From positions 310,001 to 374,000 of the forward strand of contig OZ025700.1 in assembly GCA_964019335.1 (NCBI GenBank): DNA of 64,000 nt, written 5' to 3'. The stretch's first letter is position 1. Each line of letters starts with the position of its first letter. The position numbers and the translations under genes were made by a program. This document shows, piece by piece, positions 11,370 to 23,449 of this stretch. The notes under the pieces were generated by a model. The model searched no databases. It was not told where the DNA came from and saw only the letters and a program-made list of their open reading frames with translations. Source of the stretch: Diplonema japonicum. Taxonomy: Eukaryota; Protista; Euglenozoa: Diplonemea.

Positions 11370-12317
11370 TCATTCAAGCGTAACCCAATTATACAGATCG
11401 TCGGCGGACGATGGGGGCCACTGGTGGTTCATGCCTGGAAAGGACTTCCTGACGGTTTGAACACTATGGTTCAGCAGATAGTCATGATACAGGGCAGACG
11501 ACCAGTAAGGAACCAAAGAATCATTGGTACCGTGTGTGAAGAAAGTGCGAGGGTGCGACGGCGGCGAGAAGATCTCCGCAGGCACCTCGTTTGCGATTCC
11601 CGTGCTGCAGGTCTCCCCGTAACAATAGTAAAACGAGCCCGACAGTATCGAAATAGATTGGTATCTATGAGGGTAATTCACCGCCATCCTTCCAGACATG
11701 TATGCACCCGAGGAAAACCCAATACTGTGTACCATATTCGGATTGCACGGACCGAAAAACCCAGATTTACATTTCGACAGAATCCAGTCTACTTCTGTGT
11801 TGTCTCTGCTTGTGTTCCAAAGCTTCAGATCCGGGGAAACATATGGGGTTTGATTTGTTTCCCAATACGTGGTTTTCTCGTTGGAGTCAGGTGTTACCAC
11901 ACCGTACCCCATATTGAGGAATTTTTCCACGGTTTGAGCCTTGTAAAACAGGCCGTACGAGTACCAGTCCTCAGCGTACCAACAATAGACAGAGTTCATG
12001 AGGCCCCAGCCGTGGTAAATTACGACGAATGGCCAACCTTCTTCGGGGGCTTTTCCCTCGGGGGTCTGCCATCCTACCCAGCGGTCTTCGAAAGTTGTGT
12101 TGTGGTAAGTGCATGATACATATTCCCAGTTGGACTTGCAACGGCCGCTTCCCTGTTTGCCAGCTTCAGTCTTTCTCCCTATGGTGGGGGACATCCTCGC
12201 TTTATTCGTTTCTAGTTCTGTCTTCCATTCTTCCGATGGCCAGCTCTCCGTTTGCTTTTCGTGTGTTTTATGTGTACTGGTGAGACATAATATAGCCAAG
12301 TGAAAGGTCGCTAACAT
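11370..12317 (-). CDS. Secreted alpha/beta hydrolase, extracellular mcl-PHA (poly-3-hydroxyoctanoate) depolymerase-like
   Basis: Short hydrophobic N-terminus; WQTPEGKAPEEGWPFVVIYHG, GFFGPCN, lipase box GFSSGAYMSGRMAVNYP, HPRTFFTHGTNDSLVP, NHQW (Ser-Asp-His triad). Motif order matches bacterial PhaZ mcl-PHA depolymerases as recalled. Confidence 0.75.
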   Translation of the reverse strand: MLATFHLAILCLTSTHKTHEKQTESWPSEEWKTELETNKARMSPTIGRKTEAGKQGSGRCKSNWEYVSCTYHNTTFEDRWVGWQTPEGKAPEEGWPFVVIYHGWGLMNSVYCWYAEDWYSYGLFYKAQTVEKFLNMGYGVVTPDSNEKTTYWETNQTPYVSPDLKLWNTSRDNTEVDWILSKCKSGFFGPCNPNMVHSIGFSSGAYMSGRMAVNYPHRYQSISILSGSFYYCYGETCSTGIANEVPAEIFSPPSHPRTFFTHGTNDSLVPYWSSALYHDYLLNHSVQTVRKSFPGMNHQWPPSSADDLYNWVTLE

Positions 12318-12733
12318 TTTTTTTGTCCTTTACAAAAACGTGGTGCAAATAAAGATATTGAAAGGAGGGGGGTAAAAAAAGAGAAAAAAAAGAAGAAAGA
12401 AAAAAAAGAGATGAGATATAAGGAGGTTTTCCTTTTTTTTTTTTTTTTTTTTGGAACGTCTCCCCCCACCTTTGTCTACTTATCTCAAGAAAAATTGGGG
12501 GAGGGGAGGGGAAGAGTGTAATGTGTGCAGTATAGTTATGGTTAAAACTCGTTGTTTTTTTTGTTTTCGCTTTTTCTTTTTTTGAGTAAGAAGAGGGGGG
12601 GGGACCCCCTTGAAAAGAAGTGAGTCTTCCTTTTCTCGGTGCGCACTGTGTACAAATTTTATCTTTCAATTATATTATTAACCATGCTGCACTATTGAAC
12701 AATAAAAAGGAGAGAGAACAAAAAAAGGAGCGG

Positions 12734-12771
<38 letters not shown>

Positions 12772-13051
12772 GTGCCGGCTATTTATCTTTTCTTTTTAAA
12801 ACAAAGAACTATTTTGCTGTTGTATACAGTAAAGTCTAGGTGGGGAAATAATAGAAAAAAAAAAAGATATAAAATGGAGAACAAAAGAAGGAGGATTTTT
12901 TTTTTTGTTTCATTTTTTTTTTTTTTTTATAAATATCTCTCCTCCCCCATTCACTCCTCTTTTTTTTTTGTTGAAAACGTTAGCTTCTTTCACAGAACGA
13001 AATATCGCGACTTTTTTTTAATCCTTCTTTCTTTTTTTTTAAAAATCAAAT

Positions 13052-14111
13052 TCACGGGGTGCACTCCTCCTCGGAGCAAACGGGGAGGTTCTCGCACTCC
13101 TTCTTGAGGCCGGCGAAGAGGACCGTCGACAGGTACCTCTCACCGAAAGAAGGAACAATGGCAACAACAACCTTCCCTTCGTTCTCAGGCTCCGCCCCGA
13201 TCCTGATGGCGGCGTTCACGATGGCACCCGCAGAGATCCCGACAAGAAGCCCCTCCTCCTTCGGGAGGCGACCCGCGGTCTCCAGTGACGCAGCGCTGGA
13301 TGTTGTCATCACCTTGTCAACGACACCCATGTCCAACACATCGGGCTTGAACCCGGCGCCAATGCCCTGGATCTTGTGCGGGCCAGGCTTCCCCCCGCTC
13401 AGCACAGGGCTCTCCTCGGGTTCCACAGCAACAATCTTGCAGTCGCTCCCTTGGGATTTGAAGTACCTTGCACACCCAGTGATGGTACCTCCAGTGCCCA
13501 CACCAGACACCAGGTAGTCGATCTTCCCGTCCGTTGCCTTCCAGATCTCCGGGCCTGTTGTCGTCTCATGGACCTTCGCGTTCACAGGCGTCTCGAACTG
13601 CTTCGTCAGGATAGCACCGGGGGTCTCCTTCGCGATCTTCTCCGCCATGAAGAGTGCACCCTTCATCCCCTTCGATGCGGGGGTGAGCACCACCTTTGCG
13701 CCGTAGGCGGTGAGCAGGCACCTCCTCTCCAGCGACATGGTGTCCTGTTGTGTGGGATGTGAAGGCCCCTTCCAGACATACAGGCATCGTGAGGATCACT
13801 TTGTACCCTCGTGCTGCGCCAAGCATTGCAAGGGCGATACCGGTGTTCCCAGAGGTGGCCTCCACCAGTGTGCTCTTCCCAGGCTCGATCAGACCCTCCT
13901 CTTCCGCGTGCTGTTTTTTTTTTTTTTTTTTTTTTTTTTTCCACACCATGATCATCGCCTTCCCAAGCCTGTCCTTCACGGACTTTGCAGGGTTCTCAGA
14001 CTCCAGCTTCAAAGCAATGCGGGCCTTGCAGTCGGTGCCTTGGATCTTGTTCAACCACACCATGGGGGTGTCCCCCACACAGTCGTACACAGAGCTCTTC
14101 ACACCAGACAT
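13052..14111 (-). CDS. cysK: Cysteine synthase A (O-acetylserine thiol-lyase), 3 exons, 328 aa
   Basis: ENPAKSVKDR (PLP Lys), EATSGNTG, GVGTGGT, PHKIQGIG, PSFGERYLST. Removing introns 13911-13946 (36 nt) and 13745-13781 (37 nt) restores LTMPDTMSLERR. Confidence 0.96.
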
Positions 14112-14981
14112 TTTTTTTTTTGTCCTTCCTTCCATCGGTAGGTGGGATAGAGAAGGGGGAACACATAAAAAGCAACGATGAGTAATAACGAAGGGTGAAA
14201 GTACCAGAGATCCATATAAAGAAGAAGAAGAAGGAAAGGGGAGGGAGGGTAGGGGAGAATAGCTATTCTATGACCAAAAAAAAAAAAAGAAAAATCTCGG
14301 GGATCGAGAGGGATTTTTTTTTTCTTCCTTGCACTGTAGACCCTCGGACTTCAGCTTAACAGAAACACAGGGTTACATTTGCGATGGAAAGGGTATGTGG
14401 TCCCTCGTCATAAGAGGGGCTATAAGTGTGGGGCTCGAAACACAAGCACGTGTAACTATTGAGGCCCCTAGCAAAGAAATATGACGAAGAGCAGGGGGGG
14501 AAAAAAAAAGAAAAAGGATTTAGAATTCTCTGAACGCGGCATACTTGCGCCAACAAACAAGCCACCCATGGGAAGGCACCTTTAGTAAAATCAAAAAAAA
14601 CTCCTTCCTTTCCTGGGGGGGGGGGGGGGGGGGTTTCTTCCTTTTCTTATTCTTTTGAAAGGAAGGGGGGGTGATGTAAGGAGCACGGCCGAGCAGGGGT
14701 TTCCTCGGAAAATAATAAAGAGTTGCTCCGGTTTCTTTTTATTTTTTTCTTTTCTTTTTTTCTTTTTTTTTTTTGCGGAAATTGTATTACAAACTCTAGC
14801 ACATGGCATCGCTACCAAACATGTTAATTCTTTTTTTCTTTTTTTTAGGCGATACATGCACGTAAAAAAAAAGGGGGGGGAGAAGAAACTATTCTTATAA
14901 GTATGCGTTTTTACGCTCACCAGCTGCACCGTGGGACACCACATCGGGGCCTTGTATCACAAGGAGGGGAAACAAAAAAAA

Positions 14982-14999
<18 letters not shown>

Positions 15000-15031
<32 letters not shown>

Positions 15032-15302
15032 TTAAAGGAGGCCGGTTGGCAGCGCCCTGCACAAGAACTGTCTACTTGATTACAGGGGGCACACTGCAAC
15101 TGGGGGCGCACGCGGCCGAGTTGTAGTTCTTCTGCGTTCCGCGTCGTGTCCTTAATGCGTGCGGTACAGCTCAACCCCAGCCGGGGCGTGCAGTTTGCTG
15201 CCTGTTCGTCACCCTGAGCATCTGCGTTACGTTCTTCCACTCGGGCGCTACCGGTGATGACCGACGAGGAGGTCAACAGCGAACAACACATGTTATCCCC
15301 AC

Positions 15303-15303
<1 letters not shown>
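15000..15303 (-). repeat. Retroposon-like relic with (AT)n tail; truncated second copy of its 3' end at 15578-15617
   Basis: gagttaaaggaggccgg(tg)ttggc.gcgccctg occurs at 15029 and 15583, each abutting an (AT)n run. GC-rich island in a homopolymer-rich spacer. Confidence 0.4.
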
Positions 15304-15341
<38 letters not shown>

Positions 15342-16271
15342 AAAGCCAATTTTTGGGGTTGTCCGTTGCAAACCGGTAGAGGCTTTAGCGTTCACATCCA
15401 CTGTATCATCAAGGACCTGCTGATGACAAAGGATAACGGGAATAATAATTTTAAAAAAAAAATCAAGTGAAAGCTCCACGTGGGAGTCGGCAGGCCATCC
15501 CATAATTACACCTGCGCAGCTTACCTACTCATTCGGTGGTCCCGCTACCTTTAAAAAAAGAAGAAAAAAAAAAAGTTATATATGAGTTAAAGGAGGCCGG
15601 TGTTGGCGGCGCCCTGAAAAGTTTAAATCGTGAAATGTTAATGTCACTTGAGTGGAAACAAACAAAAAATCAAGAAAAAGGTCCCACCGACCCCACTTAT
15701 CTTTGTTACCCCCCTTCTTTTTTTTTTTTTTCCTTTTTTCAAAGATGACATTAATTTTTCACTGAAGCCGTAGGGATAGGACCATTCGCAACTACACTAC
15801 TCAGATTACCTACATCCAGTCTTCAAATTATGGGCAAATAAGTAACCTTTGCTAGCTAACCAGACTTTTCTGCGACCCTGAAGTGGGTCATTACAGATAT
15901 GTGTGTCTCAGAGTTTCCGTCTGGTCCAATTCTTTTTTTTTTTTTCCTTCTTTTTTTTTAATAGCAGGGAATTATAGAAATGAAAAAAGAAAAAGTTTGT
16001 ACAACTGACAACACAGGCTAACTTTCTTTACCTGTTTTTGAAAATAACAACTAACTGATCTCTGCGTGTGACAACCCCCCCCCCCCCCCCCCCCCCACTA
16101 CCTCAGAAAACGATTTTTGCCTTTTATTTGTTAAAAAAAATGGTTTTTTCATCATTACTTGTGCAACAGGTTAAGCGTATCGCAAACAAAAAAAAAAAAA
16201 AAAAAAAGAGGGGGGAAAAAAAAAGAAGAAAAAAAGCCTAAATAGGGAAGGAAGTGTTGTTGCTGTCTGTG

Positions 16272-16320
<49 letters not shown>

Positions 16321-17534
16321 TGTGTGTGTGTGTGGCGGCTATGTTGATTGGAAAACGGGAAGTTTTCCATATTTTCAAAAAAAAAAAGACATTTAGGGGT
16401 ACCCGCGGTATGTGGCAGGACACCGGAAGAGCCTCAATCTATCTCTTGATCGAAACTTTCTGCTGTGGTGTGGCCTTCGGCCCTTGCTCAGCCTTCTCGG
16501 TAGAAACCCCTCAACCCGAGTGAGTAAGGACACAAAAGGTGTACAATTGTCTTTTAAGGAAAGGTTCTTCCGACTCAGATTTTGGGATCATCGTGATCCA
16601 GTCAGGATGACCCCAAGTCAGGCCACACGCAAGGAGCAAGAAACCATCGAGGGTTTCCGGGGGTAGGTGTGCTAGCTCATTCAGTGTTGTCGCTGTTTCT
16701 CGTCACACTCGCTGAGCCGAAGTAGTGCTCCATCTCCCTCTTGTGCTTAGCTCTCCGAGATATCTTGCTGGCGAGGTCTATCGTTCTCTGCATTTGGGAA
16801 AAAAAAAAAAAAAAAAAAAAAAAAAGGAAAAAGGAGAGAGAAAAAAAAAAGAGCCGGTTGATTGTTGTTTGTGCACAGCCGGGGTTAACCTGTAGAAGGA
16901 TAAGCCCTACAATGCCACCACTACTCTTTTTTAGCACTAACAATTCATTATTATCAATATATTGTTTTTCAAAAAAAAAAAAAAAAAAAAGCTTAGAAAC
17001 GCGTTTACTTGCCAACATAGCCCTGGGGGGGGGGGGGGGGGGGGCATGGGGGAGGAGAATGGCAGGTCCCTTCAGAAATATGGAAACGCTTTTTTTTTTT
17101 TTCTTTCTTTTTTTTTTTTTAGAAAAGAGAAGAAAGAGGGGAATCATATTTTTTTTTTTTCACCCTCTCACCCCGCTCCTCCCAGCGGTTCCTTTCTTTC
17201 TACGATCCCTCCTTTTTTTTTTCTTAAAAAAAAAGTTTAAAGAAACACAATAGTGCATATTATGCGAGTAGCACTCAGGGATGAGAATGCTAAAATTACT
17301 GGGTATCCCCTCGTTAAGGTAACAAGGAAAGAGAGGGACCCTTCCACCCGGGGATGGGGGAATCTACTGAACACATTATTAGGGGGAGAGAGAACAATAG
17401 TATGGGGGAAAACGGGAGGTATAAAGAAAAAGGGAGGGGGTATTTTGATTGCTTTTCTTTTCTTCCTTTTTACAGTTTTTTATTCCAACATCATCAGCAC
17501 TAGATATGCATACATAGTGTTGATACGGGAGTAC

Positions 17535-17570
<36 letters not shown>

Positions 17571-17726
17571 AACACCCAAATATACCCATCCCACCTCCCT
17601 AGTTCCCATAGTAAAAAAAAAAAAAAAAAAGAGCTTTTTTTTTTTTTTCACCTTTTTTTTTTTTCTTTGAGCTTTTCTTTTTCTTGATTCTTCTGAAGTC
17701 GAATCGATGACAGAGAGAAAGAGATT

Positions 17727-17761
<35 letters not shown>

Positions 17762-17762
<1 letters not shown>

Positions 17763-18069
17763 CATGGTGCCCCGAGCTTTTTGAAGTCTTCCACATGAAC
17801 GGTGCCTGCACCACTGGTTAAAAGCTCTATCATGTGTCCCCCCTCCTCCTCTGTCACGTCTTCCCCGATTGCAGAATAAAATCTTATTATCTCTGACACG
17901 GTTATCTCTGTCTTTCCAAACGACATTTCGAAAAATGCTTTCTCCAATTGCTCCTGAGTGTTCTTTTTTTTCCCCCCTCCCTCCCTTCACATACATCTGT
18001 AAAGTGCTGATCAGCAATAGTCTGGATCAGCGGGTCCATCATAGGCGAAACTGGGGCTTGCGCCTCCAT
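17762..18069 (-). CDS. Small calmodulin/centrin-like single-lobe EF-hand protein (degenerate), 2 exons, 88 aa
   Basis: Intron 17954-17994 (GTATGT...CTCAG, 41 nt) joins FTD|EQLEKAFFEMSFGKTEITVSEI...GEDVTEEEGGHMIELLTSGAGTVHVEDF, a calmodulin-lobe pattern with non-canonical loops. Confidence 0.7.
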
Positions 18070-18405
18070 TTTCTTTTGTTTTTTTTTCCTCCCTTCCCCA
18101 CTCGCCTTTCTAGTGTAAGTTTTTTTTTTTTCTTTTAGAAAAAAAAAATTCAAAAAGCATAAAAATGAAATGGTTCCCCCCCCCCCCCCCTCCTTGTCCC
18201 CGTTTTTTTTTTTTTTCGCTCACCAATAAAAAGGATAAAAAAATAAGGGAGCCGAATTTTTTTTTTGAGGGGAAAAAAAAAAAAAAAAAACACTTTTCCC
18301 CCTTCAAAAAAAAAAAAAAAAAAAAAAGCAGCAACGAGTTGCATGTGTGCGCTTTTTTTTTTTTTTTTTTTTTTTTTTTTTGAACACTTTCCCCCGTGTC
18401 TTTTC

Positions 18406-19980
18406 TCATTTCAAATCAGCTAACGGTACTTCCACACCTCTCGTGTCCTCCGGGTCGGCAAGATCCTTCACGCGGACCATCTCACGTTTCCACTCATCCG
18501 GAGCAACAAGAATGGCCCTCCGTGCCCCCCTCCTATCCGCATAAGAAAACGCCTGTTTCGGTGAACGCTTCTTCTCGATAATAATGTCAACAGACCGGTT
18601 CATTGAACGAAGCTTGGTAGCGACGGATACGGCAGCCTCCCGCATGCTCTCATTGAAAGGGATAACGATATCTTGAACAGTAGATTCGAAGGTGGGGAGA
18701 AGCTTCTTATCCTTCAGAAGTTCGATGATAACGCAATCGCCAAACCCAAATCCACAAGCAGGAATGGATTGCGGCGACCCAAATGTGTCCATTAATGAAT
18801 CGTAACGACCGCCACCGCAAATGGCACGAAGGTGGCCGGCTCTGTCGAAACATTCAAATACCACTCCGGTGTAGTAAGCCAGACCACGAACAACGCTTGC
18901 GTCGAGCTGAACCCACGATGAGAAACCATATGAATCAAGGTATTTGAATAGACTTTCGAGTTCCTCGACAACACCGCCTGCATCCCCCACGGCTTGCTTA
19001 ATACCTTCCAACGTTTTGATTTCTAGACTTTTTAAAATGGTGTCGATGACGCCTTCATCGATACCTTTTTCCGCCAGCATTTCAACAATCTCGCATCTTT
19101 CAAGCTTATCCACCTTGTCTATGATGATACAAACGGGTTGGAATTGTTCCGGTTTGACACCTGCTTGTTGTAAAACGGTTTGAAGAAGCTTTCTCGAATT
19201 GATCTTGATCCCAACGTCGCCGGACGACAAACCAATATTTTTGAGGAATGTTATGACTGCTGCGAGAAGCTCTGCTTCAGCGGCTACGGTCGGGACACCG
19301 AAGATGTCCATGTTCCATTGGTAGTGTTCTCGCCTCCTGCCGCGCACGATGGCCTCGTGGCGCCAACATTGAGGGATGGAGAACCATTTTACAGGAAGGA
19401 GTAGAGACTGGCCTTTTTGCATGATGAGCCGAGCGAGGGTTGGGGTCATCTCCGGCCGGAGAGCAACATTGTGGCCGCCTTTGGTGGTGAAGTTGAACAT
19501 TTGATCAAGAATTTCTTCTCCTGCTTTGGCATCACCTTTACCTGCTTTCACTATGTACAGATTTTCCGATTCCAAGACCGGAGCGTCGTACTCTTCAAAT
19601 GCGAATTGTTTCGCAACTTTCCTGAAGTTCTGGAACAACCAGTCGCGGAGGCGGTAGTCTTCTGGTGCGAAGTCCCTGCAGCCTTGGACCGGTTGGGTTT
19701 CAATGCACGGTGCGCCCTTTTTGTTTTTCTTTTCCTTCTTCTCCTTCTTCCCCTTTTTATCAGGCTCCGCGTCCACGGCTTCCAGCAGATCGCCGACTTG
19801 CTTTTGCTTGCTGTCGATTGCGGCCCTTAAGGAATCGATCTCCTTCTGAAGGTTGATCTTCGCCAAATCCTTTTCGCTCACTGCCTTCGTCTTCAACTCT
19901 TTACACACATCGCACACCGTCGTGTTCTCCTCCCACGGTTTAAACACGTGCCCAGTAAGACAGAAAACCTCCTTACCCAT
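18406..19980 (-). CDS. hisS: Histidyl-tRNA synthetase (kinetoplastid/bacterial-like type), 524 aa
   Basis: [67 protein letters not shown]. Start set at ATG 19980 after a poly-A leader. Confidence 0.96.
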   Translation of the reverse strand: MGKEVFCLTGHVFKPWEENTTVCDVCKELKTKAVSEKDLAKINLQKEIDSLRAAIDSKQKQVGDLLEAVDAEPDKKGKKEKKEKKNKKGAPCIETQPVQGCRDFAPEDYRLRDWLFQNFRKVAKQFAFEEYDAPVLESENLYIVKAGKGDAKAGEEILDQMFNFTTKGGHNVALRPEMTPTLARLIMQKGQSLLLPVKWFSIPQCWRHEAIVRGRRREHYQWNMDIFGVPTVAAEAELLAAVITFLKNIGLSSGDVGIKINSRKLLQTVLQQAGVKPEQFQPVCIIIDKVDKLERCEIVEMLAEKGIDEGVIDTILKSLEIKTLEGIKQAVGDAGGVVEELESLFKYLDSYGFSSWVQLDASVVRGLAYYTGVVFECFDRAGHLRAICGGGRYDSLMDTFGSPQSIPACGFGFGDCVIIELLKDKKLLPTFESTVQDIVIPFNESMREAAVSVATKLRSMNRSVDIIIEKKRSPKQAFSYADRRGARRAILVAPDEWKREMVRVKDLADPEDTRGVEVPLADLK

Positions 19981-20006
19981 ATTTCTTTTTTTATAATTTG
20001 TGATGG

Positions 20007-20039
<33 letters not shown>

Positions 20040-20077
20040 AAAAATTGCAATTTCTTAACAAAAAAAAAAAAAAAAAA

Positions 20078-20782
20078 TCACATTGTATTCAATGTGGAGA
20101 AAACTCGGTCTTTTCTTGGCTTGGATTGTGAAGTCGGTGATTGGTCGCTTTGTCCGGTTTCTAAGGAAGCTCGTGGCCGTTCGGTGTTGAAGTAAGGGTG
20201 GCTGGTCACTGGGGCTTGTTTAGCTGGTTTTCTTTTAAGTTTGGATAGAGCTGAAGCCTTTGCCTTCTCGACAGCTTCTGCAGTACGTAAGGTGTAGGAG
20301 ACAGGCAGCGGGACTTCAGAAATGTCCGCCTGATGTGTCGCGGTTGGTTTCAGTGTAACAGTGTGGCTTAGCAGTGATGGGTCGAGAAGGTCCACAGAGT
20401 CCTTTGTAGGGACTGTTGCTGCGACGTTGCTTGTTTCCGGTTCCTCTCCTTTTCTCCTTCTCAGCTCTGTGTCGATGAATTTTTTTTTCCGTTTTTCCTC
20501 TTCGCCTTCCAACACCTTGCCTTTTCCTCCTCCAAAACCTGCAATGAGCCCTCCTTTCTTCTCAACCTTTTCCTCCTCCTCAGTTATCGCTCCCACGGGG
20601 CAGGTTCTCCTCCATTCCCTCTCTTTTTGCAGCTTTCGCATTTCCCTCAGAACATCACTCAGCTCTTCCTTGTCATCAAGCTCTGTCTTCTCATCAGGTA
20701 GGAGGGCTTCTTTTTTTCGGAACGTTCCCGTGAGGCGGCGCTTCTTTAGAACAACCAATTTATCCCCATCGGTGTCGGACAT
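20078..20782 (-). CDS. C9orf78/TLS1/HCA59-like splicing factor
   Basis: Pattern [16 protein letters not shown]...[12 protein letters not shown]...[22 protein letters not shown] resembles the Hep_59 family. Confidence 0.6.
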   Translation of the reverse strand: MSDTDGDKLVVLKKRRLTGTFRKKEALLPDEKTELDDKEELSDVLREMRKLQKEREWRRTCPVGAITEEEEKVEKKGGLIAGFGGGKGKVLEGEEEKRKKKFIDTELRRRKGEEPETSNVAATVPTKDSVDLLDPSLLSHTVTLKPTATHQADISEVPLPVSYTLRTAEAVEKAKASALSKLKRKPAKQAPVTSHPYFNTERPRASLETGQSDQSPTSQSKPRKDRVFSTLNTM

Positions 20783-20961
20783 TTTCTTTTTTTTTTTTTT
20801 TTTTTTTTTGCGCTCTTATCTTTTTTATAGAAATTTTTATAGAAGAAAAAAAAAGGGGAGGGGTATACAAATGAAAAGCTCTGCACAATTTTGGTGGTGA
20901 ATGAGAAAAAAAAAAAAGAGAAAAAAAAAAAAAGAAATCTATAAAAAAAAAGTTTTTTTTT

Positions 20962-21639
20962 TCACCTCTTCAAATTCGCAATGAGTTCGAAAGCATCGCG
21001 TGCCCTGTCCTCCGGTACATACAGGTGGTCATGGTAGTAGCCCGCAACAATGTTGCAAGGAACGTTGTGCGAGGCAAGCAGGTTGGAAAGCCTCGCTGTC
21101 AAACCGACAGCATCCAAGGAAGAGTGAATAGTTAACGTAATTCGCTTGCAGGTAAAAGTAACCTTGGTGCCGGGGGGAAGCTCGACCCGTGTAGAAACTA
21201 TTAACGAGTGCCCTTCGGGCTCTCTCTGGTAAGACTCAAGCACACCGAAGAGGTAAGCTGGCACAGGATCGTAAGAAGGTAGAGACGCAAAGACAAAGGT
21301 GTCATCTGAGAGCACTGGCTTTAACTCCTTTAATATCTCCGACAAGTCAATCTCCCCCACATGATGTCTCGGGGCCTCTTCAACACTCGAGACCGACAGC
21401 GCGCAAAATACAACATCTGGACCTGCCCTCTTCACCGAGATATCATCGCAGCCACTTACTACCTCTGGTATGCCACCATACCCACACTGGCGTAGAGCAT
21501 CTCGTATTCTCTCGCCGTGTTTTTCCTCATACATTCTCGCCACCTCCATCTCCCCCAGTTGCCTTCCCGAACTCTTTATTATGTTCTCAACCCGTTCTAC
21601 TAGGTGCCTCGCCTCCTTCGCCATCGGAAGAAAAGACAT
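20962..21639 (-). CDS. LOTUS/OST-HTH-like domain fused to bacterial-type DUF2241 ACT (ACT_3/ACT_7) domain protein, 225 aa
   Basis: N-half ...EVARMYEEKHGERI...CGYGGIPEVVSGCDDISV (LOTUS-like). C-half GEIDLSEILKELKPVL...EPEG...ITLTIHSSLDAVGLTA...CNIVAGYYHDHLYV (DUF2241). Confidence 0.75.
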   Translation of the reverse strand: MSFLPMAKEARHLVERVENIIKSSGRQLGEMEVARMYEEKHGERIRDALRQCGYGGIPEVVSGCDDISVKRAGPDVVFCALSVSSVEEAPRHHVGEIDLSEILKELKPVLSDDTFVFASLPSYDPVPAYLFGVLESYQREPEGHSLIVSTRVELPPGTKVTFTCKRITLTIHSSLDAVGLTARLSNLLASHNVPCNIVAGYYHDHLYVPEDRARDAFELIANLKR

Positions 21640-21831
21640 AATTCCCCCCCTTTTTCTTGATTGAATAAGTAAAAATAAAAGAACGGTGGGGGGGGGGGGG
21701 GGTAAATAATAAAAGATAAGAGCGGGAAGGTGGGGGGTGTAATAAGCCGGGGTGGGGTGCAAACAAAACAAGAAAAACCCCCTCATTTGGCTCCTATTCA
21801 AAGGAGAAATTTTTATTGGGGTTTTCGTCTT

Positions 21832-21864
<33 letters not shown>

Positions 21865-22009
21865 GGTAACACATTGTTTGAGCAGCTTCCTCTTTCAGTA
21901 TGGTTTCTTTTTTCTTTTTTTCTTCTCAGTTTCTTCTTTTTTTTTTCTTCCATTGAGAGCTGTCCCTTGTTATAAGAAAGGCAAGGTGAACAGCAATGTT
22001 CATTCAGCG

Positions 22010-22320
22010 CTAGTAGTAGTACGCCCTGGGGCTCACGACAGTGTCGTAGTAGCGCGGAGAGGCCAAGGCGTCGTAGTAACGAGGGGAGGTCGCCGAGGTG
22101 TAGTAAGCATCACGGATGCGCCTCGCAGAGGCATCGGCCTCCACACGAGCTGTCGCTGCAGCCACATCAGCAGCCACACCGTAGGTGGTGCTGTAGGCAG
22201 AGCTGTAGTAAGGTGTGTAAGCAAGGGAAGAGGTGTAGGGGACGGTGGCACGTGCAACAGCAAGGTCGGCCTCAGCACGAGCAACAGCAACATCGACAGA
22301 GGTCGGTGCGACGTAGTAGA

Positions 22321-22324
<4 letters not shown>
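22010..22324 (-). CDS. Tyr/Ala-rich SPR-YY small protein, array copy 1 (104 aa, lacks VSPRV)
   Basis: ATG to TAG ORF conserved across 10 copies while flanks diverge; strong codon bias (TAC, GCC). Confidence 0.85.
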
Positions 22325-22365
<41 letters not shown>

Positions 22366-22600
22366 GAGTTTTTTAAAATGTAAGTGTGGAAAGCTGTAGG
22401 TGTTCTAACATCAAGGAATGGGAAAGAATAGTTAACTGAAACACCCCCTCGGGTGGGCAGAGGGGTGTAGAGTCGTACAAACAAACAAAGTTGCAACAAA
22501 AAGGGAGCCCTCCTAGCTAAAGGAGGGTCCCCCACCGTCGCTGTGTCATGTGGTGTGGGGGGAGGGAGTCGAATTGTTTAAAGGGTGCTACTTTGCACCT

Positions 22601-22636
<36 letters not shown>

Positions 22637-22732
22637 ATCTTTCTTGGTTCGTTTAGTTTAATACAATAAACAACCACACCCTGTTATAAGGTGTTCAGGA
22701 AGTGGTTGTCTGTGAAACTATCCCCCTTGCCT

Positions 22733-23062
22733 TCAGTAGTAGTACGCCCTGGGGCTCACGACAGTGTCGTAGTAGCGCGGAGAGGCCAAGGCGTCGTAGT
22801 AACGAGGGGAGGTCGCCGAGGTGTAGTAAGCATCACGGATGCGCCTCGCAGAGGCATCGGCCTCCACACGAGCCGTTGCTGCAGCCACATCAGCAGCCAC
22901 ACCGTAGGTGGTGCTGTAGGCAGAGCTGTAGTAAGGTGTGTAGGCCAAGGAAGAGGTGTAGGGGACGGTGGCACGTGCAACAGCAAGGTCGGCCTCAGCA
23001 CGAGCAACAGCAACATCAACAGAGGTCACCCTCGGGGACACAGGTGCGACGTAGTAGACCAT
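22733..23062 (-). CDS. Tyr/Ala-rich SPR-YY small protein, copy 2 (109 aa)
   Basis: MVYYVAPVSPR...SPRAYYY-TGA; near-identical to the other copies. Confidence 0.85.
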   Translation of the reverse strand: MVYYVAPVSPRVTSVDVAVARAEADLAVARATVPYTSSLAYTPYYSSAYSTTYGVAADVAAATARVEADASARRIRDAYYTSATSPRYYDALASPRYYDTVVSPRAYYY

Positions 23063-23449
23063 TTTGTGTTTATAAGGTGTTTTAAGTGGAGTTGAAAGCT
23101 GTGGGTGCTGACATGAGAAAATAATGGAAATAAGTAAAATATAAGAAAAGCGGAAACACCCCTCGGGTGGGCAGAGGGGTGAAGAGTCGGTACAAACAAA
23201 CAAAGTTGCAACGAAAAGGAAGTCCTCCTAGCTAAAGGAGGGCCCCCCACCGTCGCTGTGTCATGTGGTGTGGGGGGGGGGGGGGGAGTGAAACTGTTTT
23301 AAGGGTGCTACTTTGCACCTGTTTCTTTTCATCTTTTTTTTATTGTATCTTCTTTGGTTCGCATGTTTGGTTTAATACAAGAATAAACAACCACACCCTG
23401 TTATAAGGTGTTCAGGAAGTGGTTGTCTGTGAAACTATCCCCCTTGCCT

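Noticed and set aside
13566-14135. Apparent frameshifts/pseudogenes in cysK, NOP16, RPL32, DnaJ
   Set aside because: Fully explained by short GT-AG introns that restore conserved motifs.
14340-14470. B-box-like GTTTCGAGCCC as tRNA; scattered TGATGA/CTGA as C/D snoRNAs in 14-17.7 kb
   Set aside because: No cloverleaf; no correctly spaced C/D pairs with terminal stems.
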